Below, piece after piece: positions 1-13,800 of a stretch of DNA of 39,982 nucleotides. Under the pieces are notes generated by a model. It did no database searches. It saw only the letters and a program-made list of their open reading frames with translations, and was not told the DNA's origin. A program made the translations under genes and the position numbers. The DNA lies in NCBI GenBank assembly GCA_001642005.1, contig LWCA01000208.1, positions 1-39,982 of the forward strand. Direction: 5' to 3'. The first letter of the stretch is position 1, and each line of letters begins with the position of its first letter. This DNA is from Intoshia linei (taxonomy: Eukaryota > Animalia > Orthonectida).

Positions 1-312
1 AAGTTTTTGTAAAAAAAAATTAAGAAAAACATGAAAATAAACTTAAATTTAGCTCTTTTTTGTTAATTACTTAATTGATCAACGCTGAGTCATTAATGAG
101 TATTTTTCAGAATTAGTCATCGGATTGTCATTTTTTTCAAATTAAATCTAATCTACTGGGTATGTTTTTGAATTTCTTAAAAAAAATATTTGATGTGACA
201 CTCAAATGAACATTGACAAGGAACCATATTTTAAATTCGGTACCGCATAAAATTTACTATACTGAAATATATTAAAATAAAAGTTCTATTTATGTTTTTA
301 TATTTTTTTTAA

Positions 313-371
313 ATCGCCCCCTAACTGAATTAATAGCCCCAGGGCGATATAGCCCACTTTGGGAAGCCTTG
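313..371. mobile_element. hAT-MITE-like terminus
   Basis: GC-rich subterminal tract ending TTTGGGAAGCCTTG, followed by GTCTAAAC (nnnTAnnn). Similar isolated ends occur near 6160, 16877, 35288 and 36310-36345. Confidence 0.35.
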
Positions 372-744
372 GTCTAAACCATAATGATGTAATCATTACA
401 TTGTAATGCATCATATAGTAACCACTCCTAGAACTTTTCATTTAGCTTGGTAAATATAATTCTCAAATTTAAACTACTTATTCATTATCAATGGCCACAC
501 AACCAAATGTGATGAAAGTCAAAAAGGCCCTAACCCAACTTAACCTCGCCTACATATTATACATTATTCTTTATAATTATTGATTTATTTTAGGATATTT
601 GAAAAGCAAATTGAATCAATATTTTTAGACCAAATCACTGTATAATATGTTACAAATAAAATGTTATTGATTATATTTAAACACGATTGTCATTTTACGC
701 AGTATAATATTGTATAATGCCATTTAGCGATTTAATTTGCATAA

Positions 745-1214
745 TCCTTACTTATATAAAATGCTTTGCTTGTCTGTGTGTTATCATTGATTTCAATAAC
801 TACAAGTATTAGAATTTTATAAGCTCGACATTTCTGTTAGTTTTGTCCGAGTGAAAGTAAGATAAATTTCAACCTCCGAAATTTACAGGCTACAGGTCAA
901 AAACCCTAATTATCCTTTTTTTTGAAAATCAAACGAGTTTGAGCATTTAAAAAAATACACAATCCATACGAATTTTAAAATCATAAATTTAAAAAAAAAT
1001 ATATCTTCATGGCCAAAACCACAAATTACCTTTTTTTGAAATGAAAACAGCCCTAGGATTTAAAAAAAATTACAGGTGAGGTACTTATTACAGTTTTATC
1101 CTGTTAACACACACAAAAAATTTTAATCTGAATAAGTGACGCCTTCACGGTCAAAAAAGTATTCATATATTTTTTTTCCAAAATATTTTATTAAAACACA
1201 AAATGTGAAATAAT
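745..1214 (+). mobile_element. Non-autonomous Helitron-like element, 5' part
   Basis: Begins A|TCCTTACTTATATAAAATGC followed by a (TG/TTTG)-rich tract, and is homologous to the copies at 12571, 19854 and 25999. Confidence 0.7.
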
Positions 1215-1388
1215 GAAGGTCATTAACTTATGACAAGTTTCACATTAAAGTCGTCACTTTCTCATATTGCATTTTTTTGTGTGTGTTGACTGGGTAAGCT
1301 GTATCCCGAGCCGTTTTAAGGCATCGGCAATATGGGCTGTAGCTCAGGGCCCCAATTTATTAAAAAATACTTCACATTTATATCTTAA

Positions 1389-1602
1389 CCCTTTCACTGT
1401 CTGATACGATTTTATGATGCATCACCACACGTCTGGAATTTGTTTTAATTTAAACTTGTGTTATTTTTAAATTACCTATGTGAAAATGTATGAAAATAAA
1501 AGAATAAAGTTTTTCAAAATTATGCTGTATATATCATAGAATACACAGACGTGTGAAGTGAAACTGCTGTGTATAGTATAGAATACACAGACAGTGAGAG
1601 GG
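1389..1602. mobile_element. piggyBac-type MITE (214 bp)
   Basis: TTAA target-site duplications at 1385-1388 and 1603-1606. TIRs CCCTTTCACTGTCTG and CAGACAGTGAGAGGG match at 14 of 15 positions. There is an internal direct repeat (atagaatacacagac x2) and a second partial copy at 36550-36672. Confidence 0.9.
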
Positions 1603-2541
1603 TTAAGAATCAATTTATAAGTTTTGAAGTTTATTAAATTTTGAACTTTTTCTGAACAAAAAATAATTAAGAATGAACTTTGAAATTGCTTAGCTTAACC
1701 TCGTTTGAATGCGCTCTCATTAATGTGAATTGAGAATGATATCAGTTTTGATAATATCATCTGATTTCTCTCAGAAAAAAGTAAGAAAACAATATTTGTG
1801 AAGAATTATCAAGAATTTTTTGTGACTGCATGGTTCATATTTTCAAATGAAAAAGTAAACAATTATACAAATATCCAAGCATTAACTTGCTCATCATTGC
1901 TTAAAATAATAATAAACAGGACAATGTAAGCAATACTTCATATTGTGATTGATAATGAGCAATGATCATGGGACCGGTGCAAAGCAATTGAGATAAAAAG
2001 CGAGTGTATAAACAAACAAAAGAAAAATTAGACATCAGACAAATGCACTAAGTTATACTGTATTGTTTGATACAAAAAGCACATAAATCATAAATGTTGA
2101 TATTTTATGTAAACATTGAATAAATGGCTAATTAATTGATAATTATAATTGATTTTAGAAAAATTAACATTATTATACCCACAAAAAATGAAATTAATAA
2201 AAATATAACTCGTAATGACAATAAAAAATGAAACCTTTACAAAAACCTTGCAAATTGGGTAATAATCATAGATTGCAACTTAATGTAACCATTGTTTCAT
2301 TAATTAAAATTGCACACATGACCTAATAGAATGCGAGTCCAGACATTGGTATGACGACACAATAAAAAGGTGAACTAAAATTTTGGTTGATATTAGATTG
2401 GGCCAATTAGTGCATATTGCATCGTGACTTGTGAATCGTTTTATGAATCAATTGCATTAATTTGATTTCATAGTTTGCATTTTAATATAGTAATTGAAAG
2501 GTTTTTGTTATTTAATTGGGCTCAGATCTCGTAAAAAATTA

Positions 2542-5500
2542 ATGCAAGAGATTCAAAATGACACTAAACCTGTATTCGGAGACTTTGAAAACAAAGAAAT
2601 TAAAAAGACTACAAAACTTTTTTGTCCTAGACCTTGTTCGCTGTTTGACATGACGCCGCCTCCAAGTACTGACAATAGTAATGATAGTTTATACGAATTT
2701 GAAAAAAATTTAAAATGTACTGCATCGTTAATAATTTAAACAAATTTACTTTAGACACCGAGGACGCATCAAATGACAGTGTAATTTCGTCTGAATATAA
2801 TTCAAGTTCGGATAAATTGTGTCCGAAAAAGCACAGAACGCGGGCTAAATGGACAAGGGAACAACTATATTATATGGAAACTTCTTTTACTGAAAACCCA
2901 TTCCCGAAAAAAAAGGAACGAGACCTACTGTCAGATAGAATCAGTGTTCCGAAAGACAAATTAAGGGTATCTTTATTTTCAGTTTAACAAAATGTACAAT
3001 ATCAATAATAGTATACTATTGAAAAATATTTTACTGGATGAATTGCATCCATTAAAATCATTGCAGAAACAGAATTTCACACTTTTGTTATATCTGCTCA
3101 ACTGACTTGACGTTTTTTCGTAAAAATTTTTCTTTGACAGTAAACAATAGTTGTGTCTTTTTATTGATGGTATTATTAGTGAATATTCTGCGGATAACTC
3201 GAATGTAGATAAACAACCTCGCAATAAATTTTGTCTATCTAAATTTTAACGTATTTAAATTTTAACTATGCTAGTCGGTAACTTTCTACCCATGGGTTCA
3301 CTATCCAAAATTATTTCATTGTTGCCAGAATTAACATTACGGGCCACCTTTTCCCGTATATAAGTTAATTTATCCTCAAATTGGTACTACATTTGTATCG
3401 CGTTTTTAAAAGACATTATCAGTGTTCTTTAATTTAATTGATGTCATATTGCCCCTGCCATCCCTCTAAGGCTGTTGACTTCACATTTTAAATTTAACAC
3501 AATATAGTTATGAAATTCAAGAATATAATTTTTTAATAATCAATTTCAAAAATGAAACCCCATTTTACAAATATTTCGTCGATGCCCCGAAAAGGGTCTC
3601 GGGTTGGTAGGTTCGGTAATGTGAGTGTGGGTTTCGACTGTTACTCGTTCATTACTAACCTGGGTAATTTGTTATCATTTTTACACAGAAATTTTCCTTT
3701 GTGCTAACTTTCGGACATTCCGTTTGCTGTATTATGAATTTATTTAAAGTTGAACCACAACCCTTTTGATGACCTTCGCAGCTGAAGCATTTTAAACTTT
3801 TCAGATCTATGGTTAGGTCTAAATTTACATTATGAATATATAATTTTTTATTTACTTAAAATTAACATTAATAGTAATGAATTCATATTTATTTTGATTT
3901 TTCAATGTTGTCATGTTTATAAATCAATCATGCATGCAATCGTGATGAAAATTGTTAGTAGCTTGTACAATGTACATTAGGGTGTAGGTTTTTATACCTT
4001 GGCCCTCCTGTTAAAATAATTGTGAATTATGGCTTTAATATCCCGTATTTCTCTGAACACTAATTATCCTCTTATGTTAAAGTTATATGCTATAAAATAA
4101 ATATTGATACAATTAATTTTATTCAGACTATTCAATTAATTATATGAAAACAGCCTTAGAATTTCAAAAAATTTACAGGTTTTACAGTTGTATTCTGTTA
4201 ACACGCACAGAAAATTTCAATCCGAATAAGTGAAAACTTCACGGTCAAAAAAGCATTTTAGTATTGATATATTTTTTTTTCCGAAATATTATATTAAAAC
4301 AAAAAATTTGAAATAATTAACGGTCCAAAAATTAAAAAAAAAGATTATTCTGATAGAGCTTATTCCAGTTGATATAAATACAAAATTTCAACTTTAGAAA
4401 TCTACGCATTACCGCTGAAAAATAATTTTTAATATATTATCAACCATTATTTTTCAAATATTTCGATTAAAATCAAAAATTGAAAATGTAAATATTGGTC
4501 CTACAATTTCAAAAAAAATGTGCATTGTACGTTTACAGTGTAGACTCTACACATTTTCAATAAAGACATATAGGTGAAAATTTATATAATTCATTGCTAC
4601 GCGATTTTTAAATTTCAAATTTTCATTTTCAAAACGTTTTTATTAAAACATTCCAATTTAAATAAGAAACTAAACAACGAAACTAAAAAAACTTTGTTAC
4701 TATCATTTTTATATTACAATCCTTTGCAATAATGGTAAAATTCGACTGAAATGTGTATAAATTGAAGGTTTAGTTAATTATTGATACATAATTAGTATTT
4801 TTAAGTATTTATTAAATTGGTACAGAATATATATCATCACATTGAAAATAACAAAATAGGTGATTATAATTTTATTTTTTCTGGAATTTATGGTATTTAT
4901 GACAATTTTTAGGATTGTTTCTTTAATTTTATTTTTTCTGGAATTTATGCTATTTATGACAATTTTTAGGATTGGACGTTTTTACTTTACTTTTAATATT
5001 ATACACACATTTTGTCTAATAAAATTGGACTGTTTTTACTTTATTTTTAATATTATACACACATTCTGTCTAATAAAATTAAAAAGTTTTAACTTTATTT
5101 TTAATATTATACACACATTCTGTCTAATAAATTAAAAAAATGGGATAAAATTGTTTTTAAAATTCTTTACGAAAATGTTAACAAACAAAAAATTAAGATG
5201 GAATAATTAACTTTAAAGTAAAAAGTAATGTGATATGATGGTTCCAAATGAAACAAATTTGGGAACCACTTCTTTAAACGATTAATAATAGTGAATAGTA
5301 GGATTTTTAAATTAGATTTTCAACATGAATTTATTTTTTTGGTATAATAAAAATGTGCCCTCGGCAGAGCTAGGTCTTGTTTGTACGTAATACATAACAG
5401 TCAACCTAGTGATACTATATTATACTTTGTTAGGACAAATTTAATAAATGTTACAGCTTCATACTGAAGTACGTTGGATTTTCATGGGTAATAGTCGGAG

Positions 5501-7466
5501 TGTTAATTTTATGGGAAGATGTGATGGCGTTTTTAAAGTTTAAAAATATAGATGTAAAGTCAAAAATTTTCTTATTATTTTTAGAGATATTATTAGCGTA
5601 ATGAATACACCTAGTGAAAATTTGTAAGGAAAAAAATGTGACTTAGAAGTCCTCCATAATTGAAGTTTTACTAAATAAATTCGTGTTTTGAAGAAATTTT
5701 AGGACGTTTCAGTCTTAAAACAGGATAACTTGTGGTTTTGACTATGAACGAATACGTTTCTGAGGCTAATGTTTACGACAATGTTAATGATATTAAAATG
5801 CATCCCAGAATGTATGTATTATTAATTTTTTGGGCTGATTATTTTTAAACAAAAGAGAAAATTGTGTTTTTGACTCTAAAGGACTCAAATTCTGAAACTG
5901 AAAAATAGATAAAAACATGTCCTGGGAAAAACTGTAGTAGAAATTGTGTTTTTGAAATTCTACGACTGTCAATTTTGTAAATAAACGGTAACATACAAAC
6001 ACAGACATTCAATTTTATATATGTAAAGCATTGAAATTAAAGTATATTCATTAAAATAAAATTTATTCCGCCAACGGGCATTTGGGAAACGTTGGTTTAT
6101 TGGGTCCATAGAAAATTTTAAAATAAAATGATCCACAGCGAAAAAAAGGTTGAGAAACACTTTATATTATAAAAGCATAAAGTTTTTCTAATTTTAGCTT
6201 GCATATCATACTATACAAGGACGTGTCAACAGATTTTATCTTGCATAGCATGCTGTGAAGAGTTAACGAGAATGTTTTTCAAAAAAAATTCCTGATGATA
6301 TAAAAAATCTATATTAGAATTTATTTAATTTTTAATTTTTAACTAAGATGCCTTGGATTTTGACTGTGAAGGTGCCAATTTTTTATTTTGAAATTCATAT
6401 TGATGTCTGCGCCAATAATTACTTTATATAAGTTCGATTATAATTAACTATTAATTACACATTACCACATAATTATGTAACAATTTGGAAAATACCAATT
6501 TTGAGAGGGTGAATTGTACTAAAAGTATTAATAAATCATATAATAGAGAGGAAGTGATGTGAGTATTTGAAAAAATAACTTGTTCGTTAAAAAAACCTGT
6601 TTATAAAAAGTATATTTTAGAATTGGTTTCAGAACAAACGAGCCCGCGAGAGGAATAAATTGAAAAAAGTTGAAGGAACCACTGATGAAAAGAAACTGAA
6701 AATGGATGAAGATGTGAATGAATACGACAAATATTTTGAAAAAATTCGCAACCGTGATATTTCTACCCAGTCAAAGGAACAAGTATTCCCAAAACTGGCG
6801 TTACTAAACAATCCAGGTCCAATTTCTTCAGAATCTAATTCTCATTTTTATGATGGGCAAGTTGATAGATCAGTTGAATCAAAAGTAAATATGAATACTT
6901 TCAATTACAATTATGAAGAGTATCCAAAAACTCAACGACCGACCGGAGAGTCTCGTTTAAGACAACTTCTGGATCAAGAAATTGGATCAAATTTAGTAAA
7001 TTGTAGCACATTCTCTAATTTTGACCCTACTGCAAAATTCTCAAATTACACCTCGCAACAAATGTATAATCATAACTTGAAACGAACCCTATCATTGCCC
7101 ATTTCTGGGAATATTTCCTACTTTAACGATAATGGAAGCTATTTGACTCAAATGAATAAAAACGAGACATCTGATGGGACCACAGTTTTTATGCATCATT
7201 CTAACTCAAACTATTTTAAAAATGAAAATTTATGTCACTCAAATCCTAGTTTTAATTCTAACATGTGTCAAACTTATTCTTACCAGAATCCTATGATTAA
7301 TTTGTACAATTTGCATTCTGTGTCACTGGATAAAAATTTTCCTAAAATGGGTTCATATCCATGTAATTATGCAACACTCCCACAAATTGATAATTTTGAC
7401 GCTAGGCAAAACCAAAACATCCAGGACATTCGGCCTGACATTTGCTCATGTAGCATCTCCAACTAG
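2542..7466 (+). CDS. Divergent Q50 homeobox transcription factor, probably PRD class (about 410 aa, 3 exons)
   Basis: Exons 2542-2716, 2755-2966 and 6621-7466. A 38-nt GT-AG intron (2717-2754) joins the ORF 2494 frame to the ORF 2715 frame. A phase-0 intron (2967-6620) joins ...DKLR to NWFQNKRARERNK. The homeodomain is KHRTRAKWTREQLYYMETSFTENPFPKKKERDLLSDRISVPKDKLR|NWFQNKRARERNKL, with R5, F20, W48, F49, N51 and R53 intact. Exon 1 and the start codon are less certain. Confidence 0.9.
4147..5390 (+). mobile_element. Helitron-like element (5'-truncated, 3' end present) in the homeobox intron
   Basis: Homologous to the other copies, with internal tandem repeats at 4867-5135. It ends in a GC-rich imperfect hairpin (CCTCGGCAGAGCTAGG) about 15 nt before the terminus. 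Confidence 0.7.
5790..6030 (-). mobile_element. Diverged Helitron-like 5' fragment
   Basis: Reverse-complement similarity to the family 5' region and to 38940-39110. Confidence 0.5.
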
Positions 7467-7822
7467 GCTATTTGATTTGAATTAAGCCAAATGAATTATA
7501 TTTGATTAAAATATTTAAATAAAACTTTATAAAGTTTCATTTATTAAATTAGGTCGTTAACTTGTGTTTCATAGCAATGAAATTGGATTAAACCATCTAA
7601 TATAGATTCTAAAATATCTTATTAACCCACGTAAGTTGTGATTAGAAAACAAATGTATGTATTGCGCATAACTTTGAATTTCACTTGTACAAATATTGTA
7701 AGTTGATTTCAAAGTTTATTTGAATAGTTCATTATTTATTTTGTTGAATTTTACATTTTAAATATGCAAATCATAAGCTATATAGTTATGTTTAGTCCAC
7801 TTGATTTGTATAAGTGATTTTT

Positions 7823-10793
7823 ATGACTTCAGAAATGACGGTAATTAAGTTTCTTACTCTATAATACCAATCTAGAACAATTATCACCCGTTCATAGATG
7901 CGTTATTGCCGCACGTCATGCAGTTTTCTTATATTTGGTTCAATTTACAAGCAGTCAGGCGAAAGTAAGCTTTAATTGTCATTTTCCATTTTTTAGACAC
8001 ATTAAACAGTTTGACAAAAAATTACCTCAAGAGGAAGAAATTAAGTTAATTTCTAAACTTGAATTAATTGAATATTCTATTAAAATTAAATGGGCAAAGC
8101 AGATACTGGCAAAGTTACGCAAGGATATCCTTGAAGATCACAGAAAATATTTGATTGGGTGCATTACTAATAAAAACTACCCAAATATTTGTATATTAAC
8201 CAACCCTGACCAAAAAGGCAAAATGCGACGCATAGATTGTCTCAGACAAGCTGTATCTTAGATAATCTTAAGTTTTATCTATTTTTAGGACAAAGTTTGG
8301 CGACTGGATTTGGTTATGGCCATCTTATTTAAAGTAATGCATTTCTGTAATTTAAATGTGTTTTTAGTCATTTCTACACTTTAAAATGATGTAATGTTAT
8401 TTTTACCCTTCTGTATATTGTTTCTGGAAAAGGTTAATATTGAATATTAATTTTATGGATTATTGCAGTTATTTTAGTACATAATCAATTCGGTCCCTTA
8501 TTTTTATATCCATACTAAACTTTTAGGATATATTTTATTCTATCTTAATATTGACAGAATGTACATTTTTCTATACAATGTTATGTTTTTATAACCCTTT
8601 GCATTATTTTCGGATATTTTATTAGTGAATATTGTTTTGTACTATGTAAAATGTAGTGTCATGACTGTTAAACTTATTGGGAGTTTGGAGAGTGGGTAAT
8701 TTTAGATTCAACAATGTTAAATTCATACAATGTATATGAATATCCGTTTTAGCGGGTCAAATTTGACAGCGACCACTATAACTACACATTTTGCCTATTA
8801 AAAACTCAGCCTTGTTTCTCTAATTCGGGATAGTAAGATAACACATTTTCGGTGATATAGATAAGATTAAAATGACAATATCAGTAATTTATAGTTTAAT
8901 TAAAATTCATGAAATAATTTGAAATTTACAGATATTAATATAATTTGGTAGAAACTAGCAATTATAGTAATAATTATAATTGTCATTTTTTAGTCACTAC
9001 CATTAGAAAGCACAGACGGTGAAAGATTAATGCGATTACCTGAATGCAATAAAAATTTGTGTATAAACCCAAACCACATGTCACTTGTGTAACGAAATTT
9101 GAAAATATCAATTAATTTTTTTTTTAGAATTCGAGAGATCGATTTATTGGCTTCTGCTCTAATGAATGACACTTGTAATATTTTTGTGTAGATTTGTAAT
9201 AAATTTAGCTGAAGACAAGAACGAAAAAATGACGTATATAACTGGACCATTTACTGCAAAACAACTTTTGGACTATTCAAAATGTAAATTTATAGAGTTT
9301 AAATTTTTGAAAGTAATTAAACAATTAGTATCGATCAATTCAAAAACCCACCAAAACATACACATTAAAAGATTACGACAATTCGACGACATGAGAATTA
9401 AAAAGACAAAATCTAACATTTGCGAGAACTATCGCAGCAATATTCGAGCTGGAATTGTTTATTGTCCTACTACCGGCCCACTGCATTTTGAAAAATCAAA
9501 ATATAAACAAGAATATATTAATGAACCTACACGTCCCTCTACTAGCCTTGAGCCTACTCAATCCAATTTGTATGATAAATTCACCATTAAAGATCGAGTA
9601 TCTGACTGCTCCGAAGAAATTGAGCCTACATTTGGTAGAACCAGATATTACAGCGAAATGTCGTCAAATTCTACAAACTATAAAAAGGTTTACTCGTACA
9701 CTATCATTTTTGTAATTTGTAAATTTAGTTTATGAACTACAAAAGCGAATCACCATTATCAATCAGTACTCCTTTCAATATTACAAAATATCATAGTTAT
9801 TCAACAAACTACAACACTGGCCAGTGTAATAATCCAATATACTCTAAAAAGCGCTCGGATTCGATCTCTGAAAAGCAATACACTAAACACGAACCACAAG
9901 AATATATGCGCAATGTTTACTCTCCAAGTACTAAATCAATGTGTAATCCTCAGTATCTTCCATCTAACTATGTTGAATCCATGGCTAATTTTCGCCAGGA
10001 TCAGCGTCCGTATAGTGTAGCAAACCCACAAATGAACCATATTGATTCAGATCATAATTTATCTATCGATTTTGACAAAATACCACCCAGTCAAACGTCA
10101 GATGGTTCTAATTTTTTAAATTCCTCTGATATTGACAAATCCAACTTTTATGATATGATGGAACTCAAAGTGCAACAAAACAAACTTTCCAACCCTATCC
10201 TCAAAAAAAACTCATTTGTTCCCATACAAAATGTTTCGCACAATAACTTGTATCACCAATCAAAATCAAGACCGTACATTGTACCCGAAAAGAACGAAAA
10301 CGATAACAGTGAATCTAACAAAGAATCATCCGAAAACAGTTCAACAGAAGTGGTTGAAAAAGAAGTTAACGACGAAGATAACAATGCAGCCAATTTAACT
10401 GCAGTCACAGCAATGCTCAACGAAAGAATTCACTCCAATGTGGACACCTTAAAGCCTCTTATACCATCTTCCACATTTATTGGAATCCCTATTTTCAGTC
10501 CAAGTGGGTCACCCTGTGGGTTTTTCAGTCCCATCACCAGCAGTCTTTTTCCATCTCCAATCGTTACACCACGAGGAACACCTATTCCAAAAATTCTTGG
10601 AAACTCTAGGGATTCTGACGAATACAATGCAGAGTATTCTTTACTCCAAAAATTCATAGACAGTGGTGCTACCATTGCCGATAATCGACAATCACATACA
10701 AATAATTATACATCTCAAGATGACTTTAAACCAGATATCTCTGATAAATCCATATCAAAACCCAGGGATAACCCCAACAAAACTAATAAATAA
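7823..10793 (+). CDS. NFI: Nuclear factor I (CTF/NFI) transcription factor (about 697 aa)
   Basis: Exons 7823-7840, 7876-7964, 7997-8252, 8289-8333, 8994-9088, 9128-9174, 9209-9687 and 9729-10793, all GT-AG and in frame. A further in-frame intron near 9284-9328 is possible. The spliced product contains [53 protein letters not shown]|[15 protein letters not shown]|[12 protein letters not shown] and CINPNH, which is the NFI DNA-binding domain with its four cysteines. The C-terminus is Ser/Pro-rich ([12 protein letters not shown]). Confidence 0.96.
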
Positions 10794-10815
10794 TTAAAAG
10801 TTGTACGTAATAATT

Positions 10816-10829
10816 AATAAATGTTTATT
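10816..10829. terminator. Back-to-back polyadenylation signals for convergent NFI and FARSA
   Basis: AATAAA-TG-TTTATT places one AATAAA on each strand in the 46-bp gap between the stop codons. Confidence 0.6.
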
Positions 10830-10839
10830 TACATTTAAA

Positions 10840-13800
10840 CTAGGTTATCAACACTTGGTTGTAAATTGTAGACATTTTGACTTTTGAACCAAACATGTCA
10901 CGAATGTTTGATATGTTGTATTTAATCATTGTTGGTCTAAAATTCGATTAATAAATTACTTTAATTTATAATTTACCTTTCCAGTGAAAGACCCCATGCT
11001 ATAGCGGTTACATTTTCATCAAATCCCATCGATCTGAGCATTTCTTGTCGAAACATTCCAGAATTTCCAATCTCTACCCATTTTTTTAAACCGTCATGGT
11101 AACTAAATATTTCCATGCTAGGCTCTGTGTAGGGGTTGTATGCTGGTTTGTATCTCAATTTTGTCATTCCTAGTTGTTCGAAAAAGTGACTGATTATAGC
11201 CATCAAGTTTCCTAATGTTAGGTTGTAATCTACAACCACACCTTCAACTTGATGAAATTCTGCTAAATGAGTCGAATCTAGAGTTTCATTTCGAAAAACT
11301 CTATCAATTGAAAATAATTTTGCTGGTTCAAATTTTTCCTAAATAATATAATATATATCCTAAAAGGTGGTGGATTGAATAGTTAAAAGTTGACACCAAA
11401 TTGAAATATATTTCATATAAATTAAGACATTTTTTCCCTACCGACTTATTTATTTCCAGGCTAAACTTATAGAATGTCTAATTTTTAATGAACAATAATG
11501 TAACTGATAAAATGTAGGTAGCTAGGTCAAAATAAAAAAATATTATATATATCGATAAATAACCTTTTGAGCTATATTATATAACATTTTAGTTGTTGTT
11601 GCAGTTGTATGGGTTCGAAGTACCAATTTTTCGGCTTCGCATAACTTCCAATTGTAGTTATATCTAAATCAGAAATTAATTCATCAGTTCAACTGGTGAT
11701 GCTTTTCCTATTTCCTTTTCTTGGAAGGAAGAAAATGACCCATTTTTTGAGAAACAAAATAGAAATTTGTTTCAAAAAACTGAAATTTTTCTAAATTTCC
11801 GTGGTTTTCAGCAATTTTTGTAAAGAAATAATCATTTTCTTATTAGTAAATAAAACAATATTGGACTTATACCAGTAATGGATCTAGGTGGAGACAGGGG
11901 GGGGGAGGCAGCCGCCACGTAATTTTTTGTACCAGTGTAATTACAATCTGATAATTATCGGATAATTGAAAATTATGTGAACATCCATAAAAACTAAGTA
12001 TTGTATGTATTTATTGAGCTCTTAAAAAATTTAAGAACCTTTGAATCACTAATAAATACAGTAGAAATGATAATGTATTTCCTATCGACACTTAAATTTA
12101 AAAGAAATTGCAATAACCACTACACTCCTTGTATGCAGTGAATCGTTAAAATTTTTAAACATACAAATGTACAATGTACATTGTATCAATGAAAAATAAT
12201 TTATCTCGATAGTAAAATATAATATCACTTCTCTAAGGAAAACCACTTCCTTTAACAATAAAAAAATCAGACGACTGACATAGAGATAACAGATACGATT
12301 AATAGATAACCCACAGTTAATAAACGGAAATAGCTACCAATTTCTTAACTTTGGTAAAATTTCAAACAATAAGCTGTTTGGAATTTTTTAAATGATATTC
12401 ACAATTCGATACTATGACAATGATTTCGCCAATAACAGTTCTAAAAATCAAAATGAATGAATCTTACCCTATCGACCCATATCCACCAGTTGAATGTACT
12501 TTTGCAACAATTTTCACATATTTATTTGGCAAATTTTGTGCTTTAGATGGTTCTGAAATTGATAATTAAATCCTTACTTTATAATATGCTATGGCATATT
12601 TGTTTGCGTGTGTTACCGTTTATTTCAATAAGTACCAGTCTTAGAATTTTATAAAGTCCACATTCCTATTACAGTTTTTTCCGGGTGAAAGTAAGATAAA
12701 TTTCAACCTCCCAAACTCACAGCTTACGGGTCAAAAAACCCAATTGAACTTTTTTGAAAATCAAACAAGTTCTATAATTCAAAAAATATATACTCTGATA
12801 CGGATTTTAAAATCATAAATTTAAATTTAAAAAAAATTTATCTTCAGGGTCAAAACCACAAATTACTTTTTTTTAGTAAAAACAACCCTAGAATTTAACA
12901 AAATTTACAGGTGGTACAGTTGTATCCTGTTAACATACACAAAAAATTTCAATCTGAATAAGTTATGCCTTCACGGTCAAAAAAGCATTTTAGTATTCAT
13001 ATACTTTTTTTCCGAAATATTTTACTAAAACAAAAAATGTGTAATAGTTAACCGCCGAAAATTAAAAAAAGATTATTCTGATTGTAATGATTACTGAAAT
13101 GTTTGTTGTAGGATGATAATTTAAAGAGCCTTTACAATAACAATAATTTAATATAAATTCTTTACACGTGAACTATCAATATAAACAAGTAAATCTTCAT
13201 AATGATCTATGTCATCACTACACTGATAGAACTTATTCCAGTTGATATAAATACAAAATTTCAACTCCAGAAATCTACGCATTCCGGTCACAAATAATTT
13301 TTAATATATTATCAACCAATATTTTACAAATATTTCGATTAAAATAAAAATTGAAAATGTATATATTGATCCTACAATTTCAAAAAAATGTGCATTCTAC
13401 GTCTACATATTTCAAATGAGAAAATATGGGTGAAAATCTATATAATTCATTCCTTCGAAGTTTTTTTCATTGCTACGCAATTTTTAATTCTCAAATTCTC
13501 ATTTCCAAAACATTTTGTTTAAAATTTAAATTACGTTTACTAAAAGTATAAGTACTAATTAAATTAATTAAAAATACCAAAATTATCTTTGTTATTATAA
13601 TTTTTATATTTATTACAATCCGTTGTAATATTGGTAAAATTCACATGAAATATGTTTATAAAGTACTAATTCCGTTAATTATTGATACATAATTGGTATT
13701 TTGAAGTATTTATTAAAATTAGGTGCTCATATAGCTAGAAACTGTATTATAATTGTGTTTTTTAATTCTATGACTTAACTTTTTAACTGTAAATAAAAAG

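Noticed and set aside
480-555. Slightly GC-richer exon-like patch
   Set aside because: No recognisable peptide on either strand and no partner exons.
4860-5135. 91-aa hydrophobic repetitive ORF
   Set aside because: It is a translation of the tandem repeats inside the Helitron-like element.
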